29,459 bases of DNA from a virus. Its lineage: Duplodnaviria > Caudoviricetes. Location of the stretch: IMG/VR virus record IMGVR_UViG_3300037787_000049, positions 1-29,459 of that record, one strand, 5' to 3'. The notes under the pieces were generated by a model. It ran no database searches. It was not told the DNA's origin and saw only the letters and a list, made by a program, of their open reading frames with translations. The position numbers were made by a program, and so were the translations under genes. Positions 18,564-27,437 of the stretch are shown in pieces; the first letter of the stretch is position 1, and each line of letters opens with the position of its first letter.

Positions 18564-20076
18564 TATCCTCTTTTTCTTGAGTGTTGGTGTTTAAGATGCT
18601 GTTTACATCATTGATCGTCAGGCCAAGTTCCGTGATCTTGGCTTTTTCACGGGCAAGCTGTTCCAAGACTTCTTCCCAATCCAAACCCTGGCTGGCACAT
18701 TCATCTTCCAGCGTGGAAAGACCAATCTGCATCCGAAGATGTGCGGCTTTGGCTTCTTTGACAGGATCAACCCAGCCACGACCAGGGCCGATCCATTTGC
18801 ACCGTGTCCAAGCGGCTTTGTTCTCATAAAAATCAGGGGCTTCAATGAGCCCCTTGTTAATCGCTTCTTCCAGCCACAGCTCGTACACAGGCCTTGCCCA
18901 GTAAGTGGCAAGCCACTGGCGTTGCGCCGAGAAATATCGCCACGCTTCTAAAAGTGCCGCACGAGCGCTCGAATAATTGGTTTTGGAGAAATCCTTCATC
19001 AATAATTCAAACGGGATATTGAGACCCGCACCAATATGACGCAGGACATTTTCCACGAACTGGCCGTAGCCGCTATTCGGACGGCTTGGCGTAAATGGCG
19101 CGACCTTATCACCCGGAAATATCGGAATAATTGATCCACCCTGCAGACGGATATCCCATTCATTGCGGGCGGCGAGATAATCCTCAACTGACCCGCCAAA
19201 CATCTCGCCGATGCTTTCACCGTCCAGTGGAGTTTCAATAAATGCCGCAATCATGGCATTCACCACCGCCGCCTGAAGCTCTGATCGCTCGTAATGATCC
19301 AACATTTTAAACATCGGCATAATGGAGGTGAGAAGCGGTTTTCCACGATGCTGTCCTGTGCGTTCCTTATCATGAATATGCAGAACGCGGCGGCGACCAA
19401 AACTGGTTACCGTAGGGATACGCTCCCAATCGCTGATATCAACGCCAAACCCCAAATACGCATCACCGGGATGGCTTTTGCGGATATAGTAGGCGCGCGG
19501 TGCGCCGCAAGCGTCAATCTCAATCCCAGCACGAAGATATTTACTATCCTGCTTACCGTTTGGATTGCACAGGCGATCTGCCTCCACCAGCTGAATGGTG
19601 GTTGCGAATTTTGCGCCTCTGTTTTCCAGCCATAACGGTAACGCCAGCGCTTCGCCGTTCACAATGCTGGAGCGGAACACGAGGCATGTCATTCCTGCAA
19701 AGGTCAGGCTTTTGGCGGCATCGCAATCGGTACTTTCCGCCCAAGCACGCCAGAGGGATTCCACCCCGCGCGACCATTCATCTGCCCATGTTTTATCTTT
19801 GCCTAAGCTGCGATAATCCGGCGTTGCCGATAAGCGCAAGCCCGTGCCGACCACATTATCGGTGAGCGTTTGCATCGCGCCCGCAGCCACACCATGGTTA
19901 CGGCTTAAATCCCGAGAGCGAGATACCAGTGTGGGCAATTCACCCAGCAAATCACTATCGGCAGAGCCTAAAGGTGGCAGCCAGCTGGAAAGCTCCCGCG
20001 CACGGTGAGATGCCGCGCGGTGCGCCGTATCACTGACTTTGAGCGGATTGCCAGTGCTGTCTAAAAGTTGAACCAT
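18532..20076 (-). CDS. Portal protein, lambda family
   Basis: RSRDLSRN, NVVGTG, NYSSARAALLE and WVDPVKE motifs. Confidence 0.95.
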   Translation of the reverse strand: MVQLLDSTGNPLKVSDTAHRAASHRARELSSWLPPLGSADSDLLGELPTLVSRSRDLSRNHGVAAGAMQTLTDNVVGTGLRLSATPDYRSLGKDKTWADEWSRGVESLWRAWAESTDCDAAKSLTFAGMTCLVFRSSIVNGEALALPLWLENRGAKFATTIQLVEADRLCNPNGKQDSKYLRAGIEIDACGAPRAYYIRKSHPGDAYLGFGVDISDWERIPTVTSFGRRRVLHIHDKERTGQHRGKPLLTSIMPMFKMLDHYERSELQAAVVNAMIAAFIETPLDGESIGEMFGGSVEDYLAARNEWDIRLQGGSIIPIFPGDKVAPFTPSRPNSGYGQFVENVLRHIGAGLNIPFELLMKDFSKTNYSSARAALLEAWRYFSAQRQWLATYWARPVYELWLEEAINKGLIEAPDFYENKAAWTRCKWIGPGRGWVDPVKEAKAAHLRMQIGLSTLEDECASQGLDWEEVLEQLAREKAKITELGLTINDVNSILNTNTQEKEDNDENLEPHNR

Positions 20077-20088
20077 ATTTGAATATCC

Positions 20089-20319
20089 TTAAAAACTGGT
20101 GCGAATAATGCCACGGCGGGCAGTGCCGCTTTTCTTGGCAATCTCTGCTTCAAGCTCATGAATATATCGCTCCAACGCCTCAACATTGGCAGCGCTATAG
20201 GTGGTTGAGCCATAGCCGTGCAAGCTGACGGTCACTTCTTGCGATCCTGTCAGCAAGCGATGACGCGCTTCCTTGGCCTGTACCAATCGGCTTTGCAATT
20301 CCAGCAATGTGTCGGTCAT
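20089..20319 (-). CDS. Head completion protein (gpW-like)
   Basis: ARHRLLTG...Y...LERYIHELE, between terminase and portal. Confidence 0.85.
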   Translation of the reverse strand: MTDTLLELQSRLVQAKEARHRLLTGSQEVTVSLHGYGSTTYSAANVEALERYIHELEAEIAKKSGTARRGIIRTSF

Positions 20320-20331
20320 AAGAGATACTCC

Positions 20332-22350
20332 TTATAAATACGGATCATCGGCCTTGATCACCTTCCGTTGAGGCACTCTCGGCTTTTGACTGGGCTTTTG
20401 TTTCGGTTGTTCTGGCGCTGTTGCAAAAGCAGGCACAGGCATTTCTACGCCTTTGGTTGGAATAATGACCTCTTGTCCGAGGCTTTTTTCCAGCGCGCGC
20501 CATTTATAATCAGACATGCGATCCAACCCAAAAATGCTGGCCGCTGCCCGCGCATAAACACGGCAATCCAAGGCTTCGTTTTGACGCGTAGGGTCTTTCT
20601 CCCAAACCTGCTTCGGAAAGCCTCGTACCACACGGGTGATGCAACGCTCTGCCGTCAGCTGTTTAAAAAACTCCTCGCCATATTGCGGGAAGTGACAACT
20701 GCCGGGCGGATACGCCACACCATCGTCCAAATCTTTATCCGTTGGCCATTCCAGTTTTAACCAGCGATAAAGCTCCATTTTTGCGACGGGGCCAGAGACG
20801 TTCCAAACACGAAGACCACGGCGTTTTCCGCCTGTATCGGCTTTTGAAACACTCAAGATCAGCGCTGTATCGCGTTCCTGCCCCTTAATCGCCACCACGG
20901 TGCGAGGTTGGCTGGCACGAGCGCCAGAACCACCCCAAACGGCCTGCGGGTGTTGACGCACAAAGGCGTAAACATCCTGCGTGGCATAGCCGGAATCCAC
21001 CGCCATCACCCGAATGGGCATAGTGTGACCAGAGGCGTGAGGCCAATCACGATCCAAGACTTCGACAGATAATCTTGCCCATGTGTCTTGGCGGGCGGTA
21101 TCCCCATCAATGATGATGTAATCCACCGACCAGTTTTGTTTGTTGCGTCCCCAAGCCACAACTTCACATTCAAGGCGGTCTTTTTGAACATCCACACCAG
21201 CGGTGAGGAATAGACCACCCATCGGCACAACACCTTGGCTGTATTTTTCACGGCGTTCATAAATGCGCTGCCATTCCGGTGCTTCGGATGATTCCTCATA
21301 AGGCTCACCCAGCACCGTATTGACAAAACCCTTCATGAGATCGGGATTGCGCTTGGCTTCTTCAAACAGCGTTGCCGCATCCGACCAGCTAAACCAACCC
21401 ACAGGGCTGTAAAGCGATGAGAGGTGATAGCCAACCGTGCCATCAATGCTTTCCGCCGTTGCCCGCCATTCACCTTTGGAAAGCAATAATGTTTTCTCAT
21501 GATTATGCATGAGATGCCCGCAAGACTCGCAAGCATACTTCGCTTCTTGAGGATCACCCTCAGGCCAGCGCAATTGCGTAAATCGCAAATGCTGGTAATG
21601 GCCACATGATGTACAAGGAACAAAAAAATAGCGCTGATCGCTTTTTTCAAATTCGCGTTGCACACGGGATATTCCTTTCACTGTTGGCGTACTCACCATA
21701 AAAATCTTACGGCGCAGGCGGAATGTTGCGCTTCGACGTTCGGCCAGCAGGATCGGATCACCTTCGCCGCCAACATCCCCTGGATACGCATCAATCTCAT
21801 CCATAAACAAATAGCGCGCAGGCATGGAGCGCAAACCCGCCGCCGAATTTGCCCCCGTCATAATCAGCAAGCCGCCGTCAAACTCTTTGCTCAGGATTGT
21901 ATTGCCACTGTCACGCTCACGGGCAGGCTTCACACGTTCCCGCAATTCTGGCGTTTCCTGCAATAACGGCTCAATCCGCTGCTTGGAATTACGCTTGGCC
22001 AGCTCCACCGTAGGGGAGACGGCCATCATCGGTCCCGGCGCCATATGGATGATATAGCCGATCCAGTTATTACCGGCTTCCGTCCCGCCAACCTGTGCGC
22101 CTTTCATGAACACAATGCGTTGCGCGGGCGAGCTGGTGGAAAGCTGGTTCATCACCTCCTTAAGGTATGGCGTGCGCGATGTTTTCCATTCCCCGGGTTC
22201 TGCCGCAGATTTACCCGATAACAGACGGTATTTATCGGCCCAATCGGCAACATCATAATGCGGTTCGGGGGTGAAACTTTTGAGGTAGACGTTCTGAACA
22301 AATGCTGCGTCATACTCAATCGAAATTGAGCTTTCCCTCTCCAATGTCAT
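20332..22350 (-). CDS. Terminase large subunit, lambda GpA family
   Basis: RTPYL, KGAQVGGTE, YLFMDEID, STPT, CxxC pairs, AGVDVQ, VDSG and NEALDCRVYA motifs. Start codon uncertain. Confidence 0.95.
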   Translation of the reverse strand: MTLERESSISIEYDAAFVQNVYLKSFTPEPHYDVADWADKYRLLSGKSAAEPGEWKTSRTPYLKEVMNQLSTSSPAQRIVFMKGAQVGGTEAGNNWIGYIIHMAPGPMMAVSPTVELAKRNSKQRIEPLLQETPELRERVKPARERDSGNTILSKEFDGGLLIMTGANSAAGLRSMPARYLFMDEIDAYPGDVGGEGDPILLAERRSATFRLRRKIFMVSTPTVKGISRVQREFEKSDQRYFFVPCTSCGHYQHLRFTQLRWPEGDPQEAKYACESCGHLMHNHEKTLLLSKGEWRATAESIDGTVGYHLSSLYSPVGWFSWSDAATLFEEAKRNPDLMKGFVNTVLGEPYEESSEAPEWQRIYERREKYSQGVVPMGGLFLTAGVDVQKDRLECEVVAWGRNKQNWSVDYIIIDGDTARQDTWARLSVEVLDRDWPHASGHTMPIRVMAVDSGYATQDVYAFVRQHPQAVWGGSGARASQPRTVVAIKGQERDTALILSVSKADTGGKRRGLRVWNVSGPVAKMELYRWLKLEWPTDKDLDDGVAYPPGSCHFPQYGEEFFKQLTAERCITRVVRGFPKQVWEKDPTRQNEALDCRVYARAAASIFGLDRMSDYKWRALEKSLGQEVIIPTKGVEMPVPAFATAPEQPKQKPSQKPRVPQRKVIKADDPYL

Positions 22351-22816
22351 TTAAATGCTCCCTCACATAGCGCTCTAACGCCTGATGAAGAGCGTGTTCG
22401 TCAATCCCCAGATCAGCAGCCATCAAGGCCGACACACGCGCAGGCCAATTCAGCCAGCTATCCCGAACCTGCTGCCCCAGGCGATAAACTTGCGTTTTCA
22501 CCATGTCTTTGTTGATGAGCTGTCCTCTCTTTTCCTGCAGGGAAAGCTGGGTTATCTGTGCTTTGTAAAGCTCATGCGCGGTTTTGATTTTGGTAAACGA
22601 TGGCTTGCCGTTTGCGGCGGGTATGTTCTCTGTCATTACCGGCAGGCCTGTATTGATTTTGGCCTCATCGGTATTTTCTTTCCATTCACGATCCGCCCTT
22701 TCAACATCGATTGTACCGTCCTCATTCGGCGTGATGCGCCCTGAATTGATGGCTTTACGCACCGCGCCCTCGGTCACACCGCGCAATGTGGCGTATTTCC
22801 TGATTGAAAGTCCCAT
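22316..22816 (-). CDS. Terminase small subunit (Nu1-like)
   Basis: N-terminal HTH (SIRKYATLRGVTEGAVRKAI), coiled coil, adjacent to the large subunit. Confidence 0.8.
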   Translation of the reverse strand: MGLSIRKYATLRGVTEGAVRKAINSGRITPNEDGTIDVERADREWKENTDEAKINTGLPVMTENIPAANGKPSFTKIKTAHELYKAQITQLSLQEKRGQLINKDMVKTQVYRLGQQVRDSWLNWPARVSALMAADLGIDEHALHQALERYVREHLNDIGEGKLNFD

Positions 22817-22842
22817 ATTCTCTCACTTTTTAAGGATTATTG

Positions 22843-22870
22843 ACTTGATAAGCGTTTGAATTGAAGCGTT
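22843..22870 (+). promoter_or_regulatory. Conserved upstream motif, copy 2 (ACTTGATAAG-N10-GAAGCGTT)
   Basis: 23 of 28 bases identical to the minus-strand copy at 1253-1280; about 30 bp upstream of the ATG at 22900. Confidence 0.55.
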
Positions 22871-22899
22871 CATGGACATCACAAAAGAAAGGAAAAACC

Positions 22900-23190
22900 A
22901 TGACAAAACAAAGCAAAAAACCAATCAAAACAGCCGAAGCCAAGCCCGCCGAGGCCGTCGAAACAACGCCGGAAACCACTGCTGAGCCAGCGCCAAAAAT
23001 CACCAAAAAAGCACTGGTTGAATACCTGCTCACATCCGAGAAAGGCGCAACGATTGAGGAACTATCCAAACAAACAGGCTGGCAAGCCCACACTGTGCGC
23101 GGGCATCTCTCCATCCTCAAAAAAGCAGGCGCAGAGATTATCAGCGAACGTATTGATGGCGTGCGGCGCTACCGCATTATCACCGCCTAA
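22900..23190 (+). CDS. DUF3489-like winged-HTH protein
   Basis: GATIEELSKQTGWQAHTVRG...RRYRI motif; AAAGGA RBS before the ATG at 22900. Confidence 0.85.
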   Translation: MTKQSKKPIKTAEAKPAEAVETTPETTAEPAPKITKKALVEYLLTSEKGATIEELSKQTGWQAHTVRGHLSILKKAGAEIISERIDGVRRYRIITA

Positions 23191-24449
23191 GAAGCACGCT
23201 CTTCTGCTAAAACTTCAAAACTCTGGTCACTTTTGGCCAGAGTTGCTTTCTTCCCTGTAAATTCCTCCCAGCGTTTGACGATGACATCTACATATTTCGG
23301 ATCAAGCTCGATCAACCTTGCGCGGCGGCCTGTTTTTTCGCAAGCGATCATGGTTGACCCTGACCCGCCAAACGCATCCAGCACGATATCCTTGGTTTTG
23401 CTGGAATTATGAATGGCACGCTCTACCAGCTCCACAGGTTTCATCGTCGGGTGCAAATCGTTTTTGACGGGTTTGTTCACAAACCAAACATCGCTTTGAT
23501 CTCTTGCCCCGCACCAGAAATGCTCATGCCCATCTTTCCAGCCATAGAGGATCGGCTCGTACTGGCGTTGATAATCCGCACGCCCCAGCGTGAAGGTGTT
23601 TTTCGCCCAGATGATAAAGGTTGACCATTTGCCACCCGCGCCAACAAAAGCGCCGTGCAGGGTGTGAAGCTCGGACGAGCTCATGCACACATACATTGCG
23701 CCTTTGCAGACCATCATAAGGTTTGTACAAACATCATAAAGGAAATCACCAAACCCATCGCCAAGATTATCATTTTGGATCGGGCGTGCTTTGCCGCGCA
23801 TTTTGTCTTTCATTGAATTGGCGTAATTGACGTTATAGGGCGGGTCGGTAAAAACCATGTCGGCCAGTTCTTCACCCATCAGCGTATTGTAACTGTCGAT
23901 CATCGTGGAATCACCGCATAGCACTTTATGCTCACCGCAAATCCAAATATCGCCTTCAACACTAACTGGCTTTTCCGGAACTTCGGGCGCGGCATCTTCA
24001 TCCGTTAAACCACCCGATGCGCCGTCCTCATCCAAAAACAGATTATCCAGCTCTTCGGCATTAAAGCCCAGAAGGTCTATGTTAAAATCCAAATCCTCCA
24101 GCGCCGATAATTCTTCACGCAGCAGATTTTCATCCCAACCAGCATTCTCAGCGATTTTATTATCCGCAATTACCAGCGCGCGGCGCTGTGCCTCATTCAA
24201 ATGGTTGAGGCGGATGGTCGGCACGTTTTTCATACCCAGCAGTTTCGCCGCCATCAAACGCCCATGCCCAGCGATGATGATATTATCCTCACCCAGAAGA
24301 ATAGGATTCACAAAACCAAATTCCGTCATGGATGCAGCTATCTGCGCCACTTGCGTATCAGAATGTGTGCGGGCATTTTTGGCATAAGGGATCAGCTCAT
24401 CAACCGATATATGCTCGATTTTCAATTCTTTTGATTTTGCATCAGTCAT
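23187..24449 (-). CDS. ParB/Srx-domain fused beta-class (N6A/N4C) DNA methyltransferase
   Basis: PYAKNARTH...IIAGHGRL (ParB-like), then DPPY before DAFGGSGST. GGAGG RBS precedes the ATG at 24449. Confidence 0.92.
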   Translation of the reverse strand: MTDAKSKELKIEHISVDELIPYAKNARTHSDTQVAQIAASMTEFGFVNPILLGEDNIIIAGHGRLMAAKLLGMKNVPTIRLNHLNEAQRRALVIADNKIAENAGWDENLLREELSALEDLDFNIDLLGFNAEELDNLFLDEDGASGGLTDEDAAPEVPEKPVSVEGDIWICGEHKVLCGDSTMIDSYNTLMGEELADMVFTDPPYNVNYANSMKDKMRGKARPIQNDNLGDGFGDFLYDVCTNLMMVCKGAMYVCMSSSELHTLHGAFVGAGGKWSTFIIWAKNTFTLGRADYQRQYEPILYGWKDGHEHFWCGARDQSDVWFVNKPVKNDLHPTMKPVELVERAIHNSSKTKDIVLDAFGGSGSTMIACEKTGRRARLIELDPKYVDVIVKRWEEFTGKKATLAKSDQSFEVLAEERAS

Positions 24450-25659
24450 GGTTTTTATTTTCCTCCATTTGCTGCAGTTGTAAGAACGCCCCACGCATAA
24501 GCGGCAACCAATGGTACGACACCGTTTCCACAGGCTCGAATTCTGTCCACCCGATTGGCCAGCCCATCAGCCATTCGACAAATTGCGGGTTTAAGACCGG
24601 CTGGGACTCCGTCCCAATCGCCTTCGGGTCCGGGTGGGAATGGCAAACAGCCTCCACATTCAATGGCTTGGTGTTCCGGACAAACTGGCTCGGCCCCGCA
24701 TTGTTTTTGGAATCCTGCGCCGTCACGGTCGGCCACATAATTTGCTCCCGCAGATTGCTCGGGCGGGATCTGCCCGCACGCTGGCCATTCGGCCCCATCA
24801 GTCTGTCCATCGCCTCGGGCGATCTGGCAGGCAGATGATCCAACGTATTCGGCGTCGCCCAGTTGACCGACGTCTCCGCCAATCCTTTCTGCGATGAGTT
24901 CGGACCGCGTTTCTTGAAGTCTTGTGCCGTCGGTGTCGGCCAATTCACCACCGATACTTCCAGACGGCATTTCGGATTGTTGTTCTCGATCTCCTTCTGG
25001 CACGGGCCATTCGCAGAAGAAACACGGACTGTCGGCCAGAGATGCTTCACCTGATCCCGCAGGCTCAAGGGCATGCCCGCATCCATCCGTTCTTTGAATT
25101 TCTCTGAGCTCAGACAGCCACCCGTTGACTCGGTCGCTTTCACAGTACGCCAGAATGAAGAGGCGTTCGCGTTTATGAGTGCTACCGACTTCCGCCGCTG
25201 AGAACAGGCCTGCCTTAACGCTGTAACCCAATTCTCGAAGGTCATCATGGACTTGTTCAAACCCCAATCGTAAATGTCCGGGGACGTTTTCGAAGAAGCA
25301 GAGCCGTGGGCGTATCTCCCGCACAATCCTGTACACATCTGGCCAGAGGTGACGCGGATCATCTTTGCCTTTTTGTTTTCCGGCAACCGAGAATGGCTGG
25401 CACGGATATCCTGCAGTGATGCAATCCACAACGCCACGCCATGGCTTGCCGTCAAAGGATCGCAAATCCGTCCAAACAGGCGCTTCGTCCAGACTTTTGT
25501 CTTCCATGCGCGTTGCCATGATTTCGCACGCAAAGGCTTCGATCTCGACAAAACAGACTGCTCGAGCATTTGGCTGCGCCACTCGGATGCCGAGGTCGAG
25601 TCCGCCGACACCGGCGCATAAGGACAAAATGTTAAGGGAATGATGATCCACAAATTCAA
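24442..25659 (-). CDS. Overlapping alternative-frame methyltransferase partner, frame B (TRD-like repeats plus motif IX); true start uncertain
   Basis: 405 open codons inside frame A, five W-x-T-[PV] modules, LNPQFVEWLMGWPIGWT, and a stop overlapping the next gene's start (ATGACTGA). Confidence 0.75.
   Translation of the reverse strand: MNLWIIIPLTFCPYAPVSADSTSASEWRSQMLEQSVLSRSKPLRAKSWQRAWKTKVWTKRLFGRICDPLTASHGVALWIASLQDIRASHSRLPENKKAKMIRVTSGQMCTGLCGRYAHGSASSKTSPDIYDWGLNKSMMTFENWVTALRQACSQRRKSVALINANASSFWRTVKATESTGGCLSSEKFKERMDAGMPLSLRDQVKHLWPTVRVSSANGPCQKEIENNNPKCRLEVSVVNWPTPTAQDFKKRGPNSSQKGLAETSVNWATPNTLDHLPARSPEAMDRLMGPNGQRAGRSRPSNLREQIMWPTVTAQDSKNNAGPSQFVRNTKPLNVEAVCHSHPDPKAIGTESQPVLNPQFVEWLMGWPIGWTEFEPVETVSYHWLPLMRGAFLQLQQMEENKNHD
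24455..25651 (-). CDS. C5-cytosine DNA methyltransferase, frame A (motifs I-VIII and X)
   Basis: LSLCAGVGG (I), GYPCQPFS (IV), ENV (VI), HKRERLF (VIII), CGNGVVP (X). GTG start with AAGGAA RBS. Confidence 0.9.
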   Translation of the reverse strand: MDHHSLNILSLCAGVGGLDLGIRVAQPNARAVCFVEIEAFACEIMATRMEDKSLDEAPVWTDLRSFDGKPWRGVVDCITAGYPCQPFSVAGKQKGKDDPRHLWPDVYRIVREIRPRLCFFENVPGHLRLGFEQVHDDLRELGYSVKAGLFSAAEVGSTHKRERLFILAYCESDRVNGWLSELREIQRTDGCGHALEPAGSGEASLADSPCFFCEWPVPEGDREQQSEMPSGSIGGELADTDGTRLQETRSELIAERIGGDVGQLGDAEYVGSSACQIARGDGQTDGAEWPACGQIPPEQSAGANYVADRDGAGFQKQCGAEPVCPEHQAIECGGCLPFPPGPEGDWDGVPAGLKPAICRMADGLANRVDRIRACGNGVVPLVAAYAWGVLTTAANGGK

Positions 25660-25675
25660 ATTCCTTTTTTTAAAT

Positions 25676-25763
25676 CAGGTACGCATGAGTACGCACTCAG
25701 GTACGTACCTTGAACACGTTGCTCTGACTGGTTTTGTGATGATTGGCGGTGGGGGCGCGTACC
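25676..25763. repeat. Short GTACG(C) repeats, possible terminase-binding (cosB-like) sites
   Basis: GGTACGCA 25678, AGTACGCA 25688, GGTACGTA 25700, and inverted GCGTACC 25757. Confidence 0.4.
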
Positions 25764-25790
25764 CAAAAAATCTTCTGGCGCTAAAAAACT

Positions 25791-25836
25791 CCTGCGCCTA
25801 AGCCCGCCGCATAGGGTTCAATCGCCGGAAGTACCT
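25791..25836 (-). other. Candidate cos packaging site (cosQ/cosN-like)
   Basis: AGGTACTTCCGGCGAT...TGCG-GCGGGCTTAGG-CGCA resembles lambda GGGTCCTTTCCGGTGAT...TACG-GGGCGGCGACCT-CGCG. Confidence 0.5.
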
Positions 25837-25857
25837 TTTTGCTATAACAGGGAAGGG

Positions 25858-25900
25858 AAAAAGCAAAAGCCACGCCCAAAGTGAATGGTTGCGTGGCTTT
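25858..25900 (-). terminator. Intrinsic terminator-like hairpin
   Basis: AAAGCCACGC...GCGTGGCTTT 10-bp stem with a T-rich tail on the minus strand, downstream of acr3. Confidence 0.55.
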
Positions 25901-25962
25901 GAGATACTACTCCAGCGATTGTATTGATTAGACTAGGCGATTTTGTTCGACCTGTCCGCTCC

Positions 25963-25984
25963 AAAAATGTTCGCGAACATTTTT
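25963..25984. promoter_or_regulatory. Perfect 22-bp palindrome, candidate regulator-binding site
   Basis: AAAAATGTTCGCGAACATTTTT equals its own reverse complement. Confidence 0.5.
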
Positions 25985-27030
25985 TATGATTTCAGATCGA
26001 AATAGCCTCGTGTTTTGTTAGCAAAAGCGACCAATGATAACATCACAGGCACTTCAACCAGCACGCCTACGACTGTGGCAAGAGCTGCGCCGGAGTTCAG
26101 GCCAAACAGACTGATGGCCACTGCAACAGCAAGCTCAAAGAAATTCGATGTTCCGATCAGCGCAGCAGGTGCAGCAGTGCTGAATGGCACGCGCCACAAA
26201 TACGCCCATCCATATGCGATGGCGAAAATGCCGTATCCTTGTATCAGCAAAGGTACAGCGATCAGGGCAATGACCAGTGGCTTGTCTATAATCGTTTCCG
26301 CTTGAAAACCGAAGAGCAAGACCACTGTAGCTAATAACCCCATAATCGAGAACGGCTTGATCTGCGCGGTGAATTTACCAATGCGTTCGTGGTCGCCTGA
26401 ACCATCCAACTTCTTGCGTGTCACATAGCCAGCCATCAATGGGATCAGCACATAAAGCGCAACTGAGAGCAGTAGCGTTTCCCAAGGCACGATAATATCA
26501 GTTACGCCCAACAATAGAGCCACTAGAGGCGCAAAGGCAAAAATCATAATGATATCGTTGATCGACACCTGCACCAGCGTGTAATTGGCATCACCCTTTA
26601 CAAGCTGACTCCATACAAACACCATCGCTGTACAAGGTGCAACACCAAGCAGGATCATCCCCGCAATATATTCCTTGGCATCTTGTGGATCGATTAGCCC
26701 GGCAAAGATATATTCGAAGAATAGAATGCCAAGCGCTGCCATAGTGAAGGGTTTAATCAGCCAGTTCACAACCAGCGTAATGCACAGTCCCTTAGGCTTC
26801 TTGCCCACATCTTTGATGCTGGCAAAATCGACATTCACCATCATCGGGTAAATCATCACCCAGATAAACACAGCAACGACCATATTGACGCTGGCATATT
26901 CAAGGGATGCGATGGTTTGGAATGCGCTTGGCACAAGTAAACCCAGTCCAACCCCAGCGGCGATACATAAGCCAACCCAAACGGAAAGATAGCGTTCGAA
27001 GATACCCATAGGAGATGGTTCTGTACTCAT
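25984..27030 (-). CDS. acr3: ACR3 family arsenite efflux transporter
   Basis: [35 protein letters not shown] and [11 protein letters not shown] motifs. Confidence 0.96.
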   Translation of the reverse strand: MSTEPSPMGIFERYLSVWVGLCIAAGVGLGLLVPSAFQTIASLEYASVNMVVAVFIWVMIYPMMVNVDFASIKDVGKKPKGLCITLVVNWLIKPFTMAALGILFFEYIFAGLIDPQDAKEYIAGMILLGVAPCTAMVFVWSQLVKGDANYTLVQVSINDIIMIFAFAPLVALLLGVTDIIVPWETLLLSVALYVLIPLMAGYVTRKKLDGSGDHERIGKFTAQIKPFSIMGLLATVVLLFGFQAETIIDKPLVIALIAVPLLIQGYGIFAIAYGWAYLWRVPFSTAAPAALIGTSNFFELAVAVAISLFGLNSGAALATVVGVLVEVPVMLSLVAFANKTRGYFDLKS

Positions 27031-27437
27031 AGTAATTCACTTTCTATTCTTGCCTTTAGTTTGTTGTAAGCCTCGTCAAATGCGGCGTTTATTTCTTCTT
27101 CGTTACCAGTTACTGCAGCAGGATCAGGCGTACTCCAATGCAACTTTTCGTGCTTACCCAGAAATACTGGGCAGCTCTCGGCGGCAGCGGCATCACAAAC
27201 CGTAATCACCAGATCAAAATTTGTACCCTCAAATTCATCCCATGATTTGCTGCGCGGACTTCCCACTTCAATTCCATGGCGCTTGAGCGTTTCTATGGAT
27301 TTAGGGTGCACATAACCTGCGGGCTTGCTACCGGCACTTACGGCTTTATATTGTCCTGCGCCAATACTATTGATTAACGCTTCGGCCATGACAGAACGGC
27401 ATGAATTACCAGTGCAGAGGACAAGGACGTTTTTCAT
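27027..27437 (-). CDS. arsC: Arsenate reductase, LMW-PTP family
   Basis: [15 protein letters not shown] and DP motifs. Confidence 0.93.
   Translation of the reverse strand: MKNVLVLCTGNSCRSVMAEALINSIGAGQYKAVSAGSKPAGYVHPKSIETLKRHGIEVGSPRSKSWDEFEGTNFDLVITVCDAAAAESCPVFLGKHEKLHWSTPDPAAVTGNEEEINAAFDEAYNKLKARIESELL

Larger units (their letters stand above)
479..25984 (-). mobile_element. Lambda-like (long non-contractile tail) prophage: packaging, head, tail and lysis modules
   Basis: Contiguous co-oriented terminase-portal-protease-capsid-tail-lysis gene order. No integrase or att site in the window, so the boundaries are approximate. Confidence 0.93.

Noticed and set aside
22075-22110. Terminase Walker A lacking GKT (KGAQVGGTE) as a sign of inactivation
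   Set aside because: Deviant P-loops are normal in GpA-family terminases and the other motifs are intact.
2437-24434. Many plus-strand and off-frame ORFs overlapping structural genes (for example 2749-3399, 14383-14859, 23905-24387)
   Set aside because: Shadows of real genes with no recognisable motifs, unlike the frame-B methyltransferase ORF.
25940-25984. Alphaproteobacterial LexA box
   Set aside because: The GTTC/GAAC spacing does not match GTTC-N7-GTTC.
479-25984. RcGTA-like gene transfer agent
   Set aside because: Lambda-type head genes, a long tape measure, morons and a cos-like site fit a prophage.
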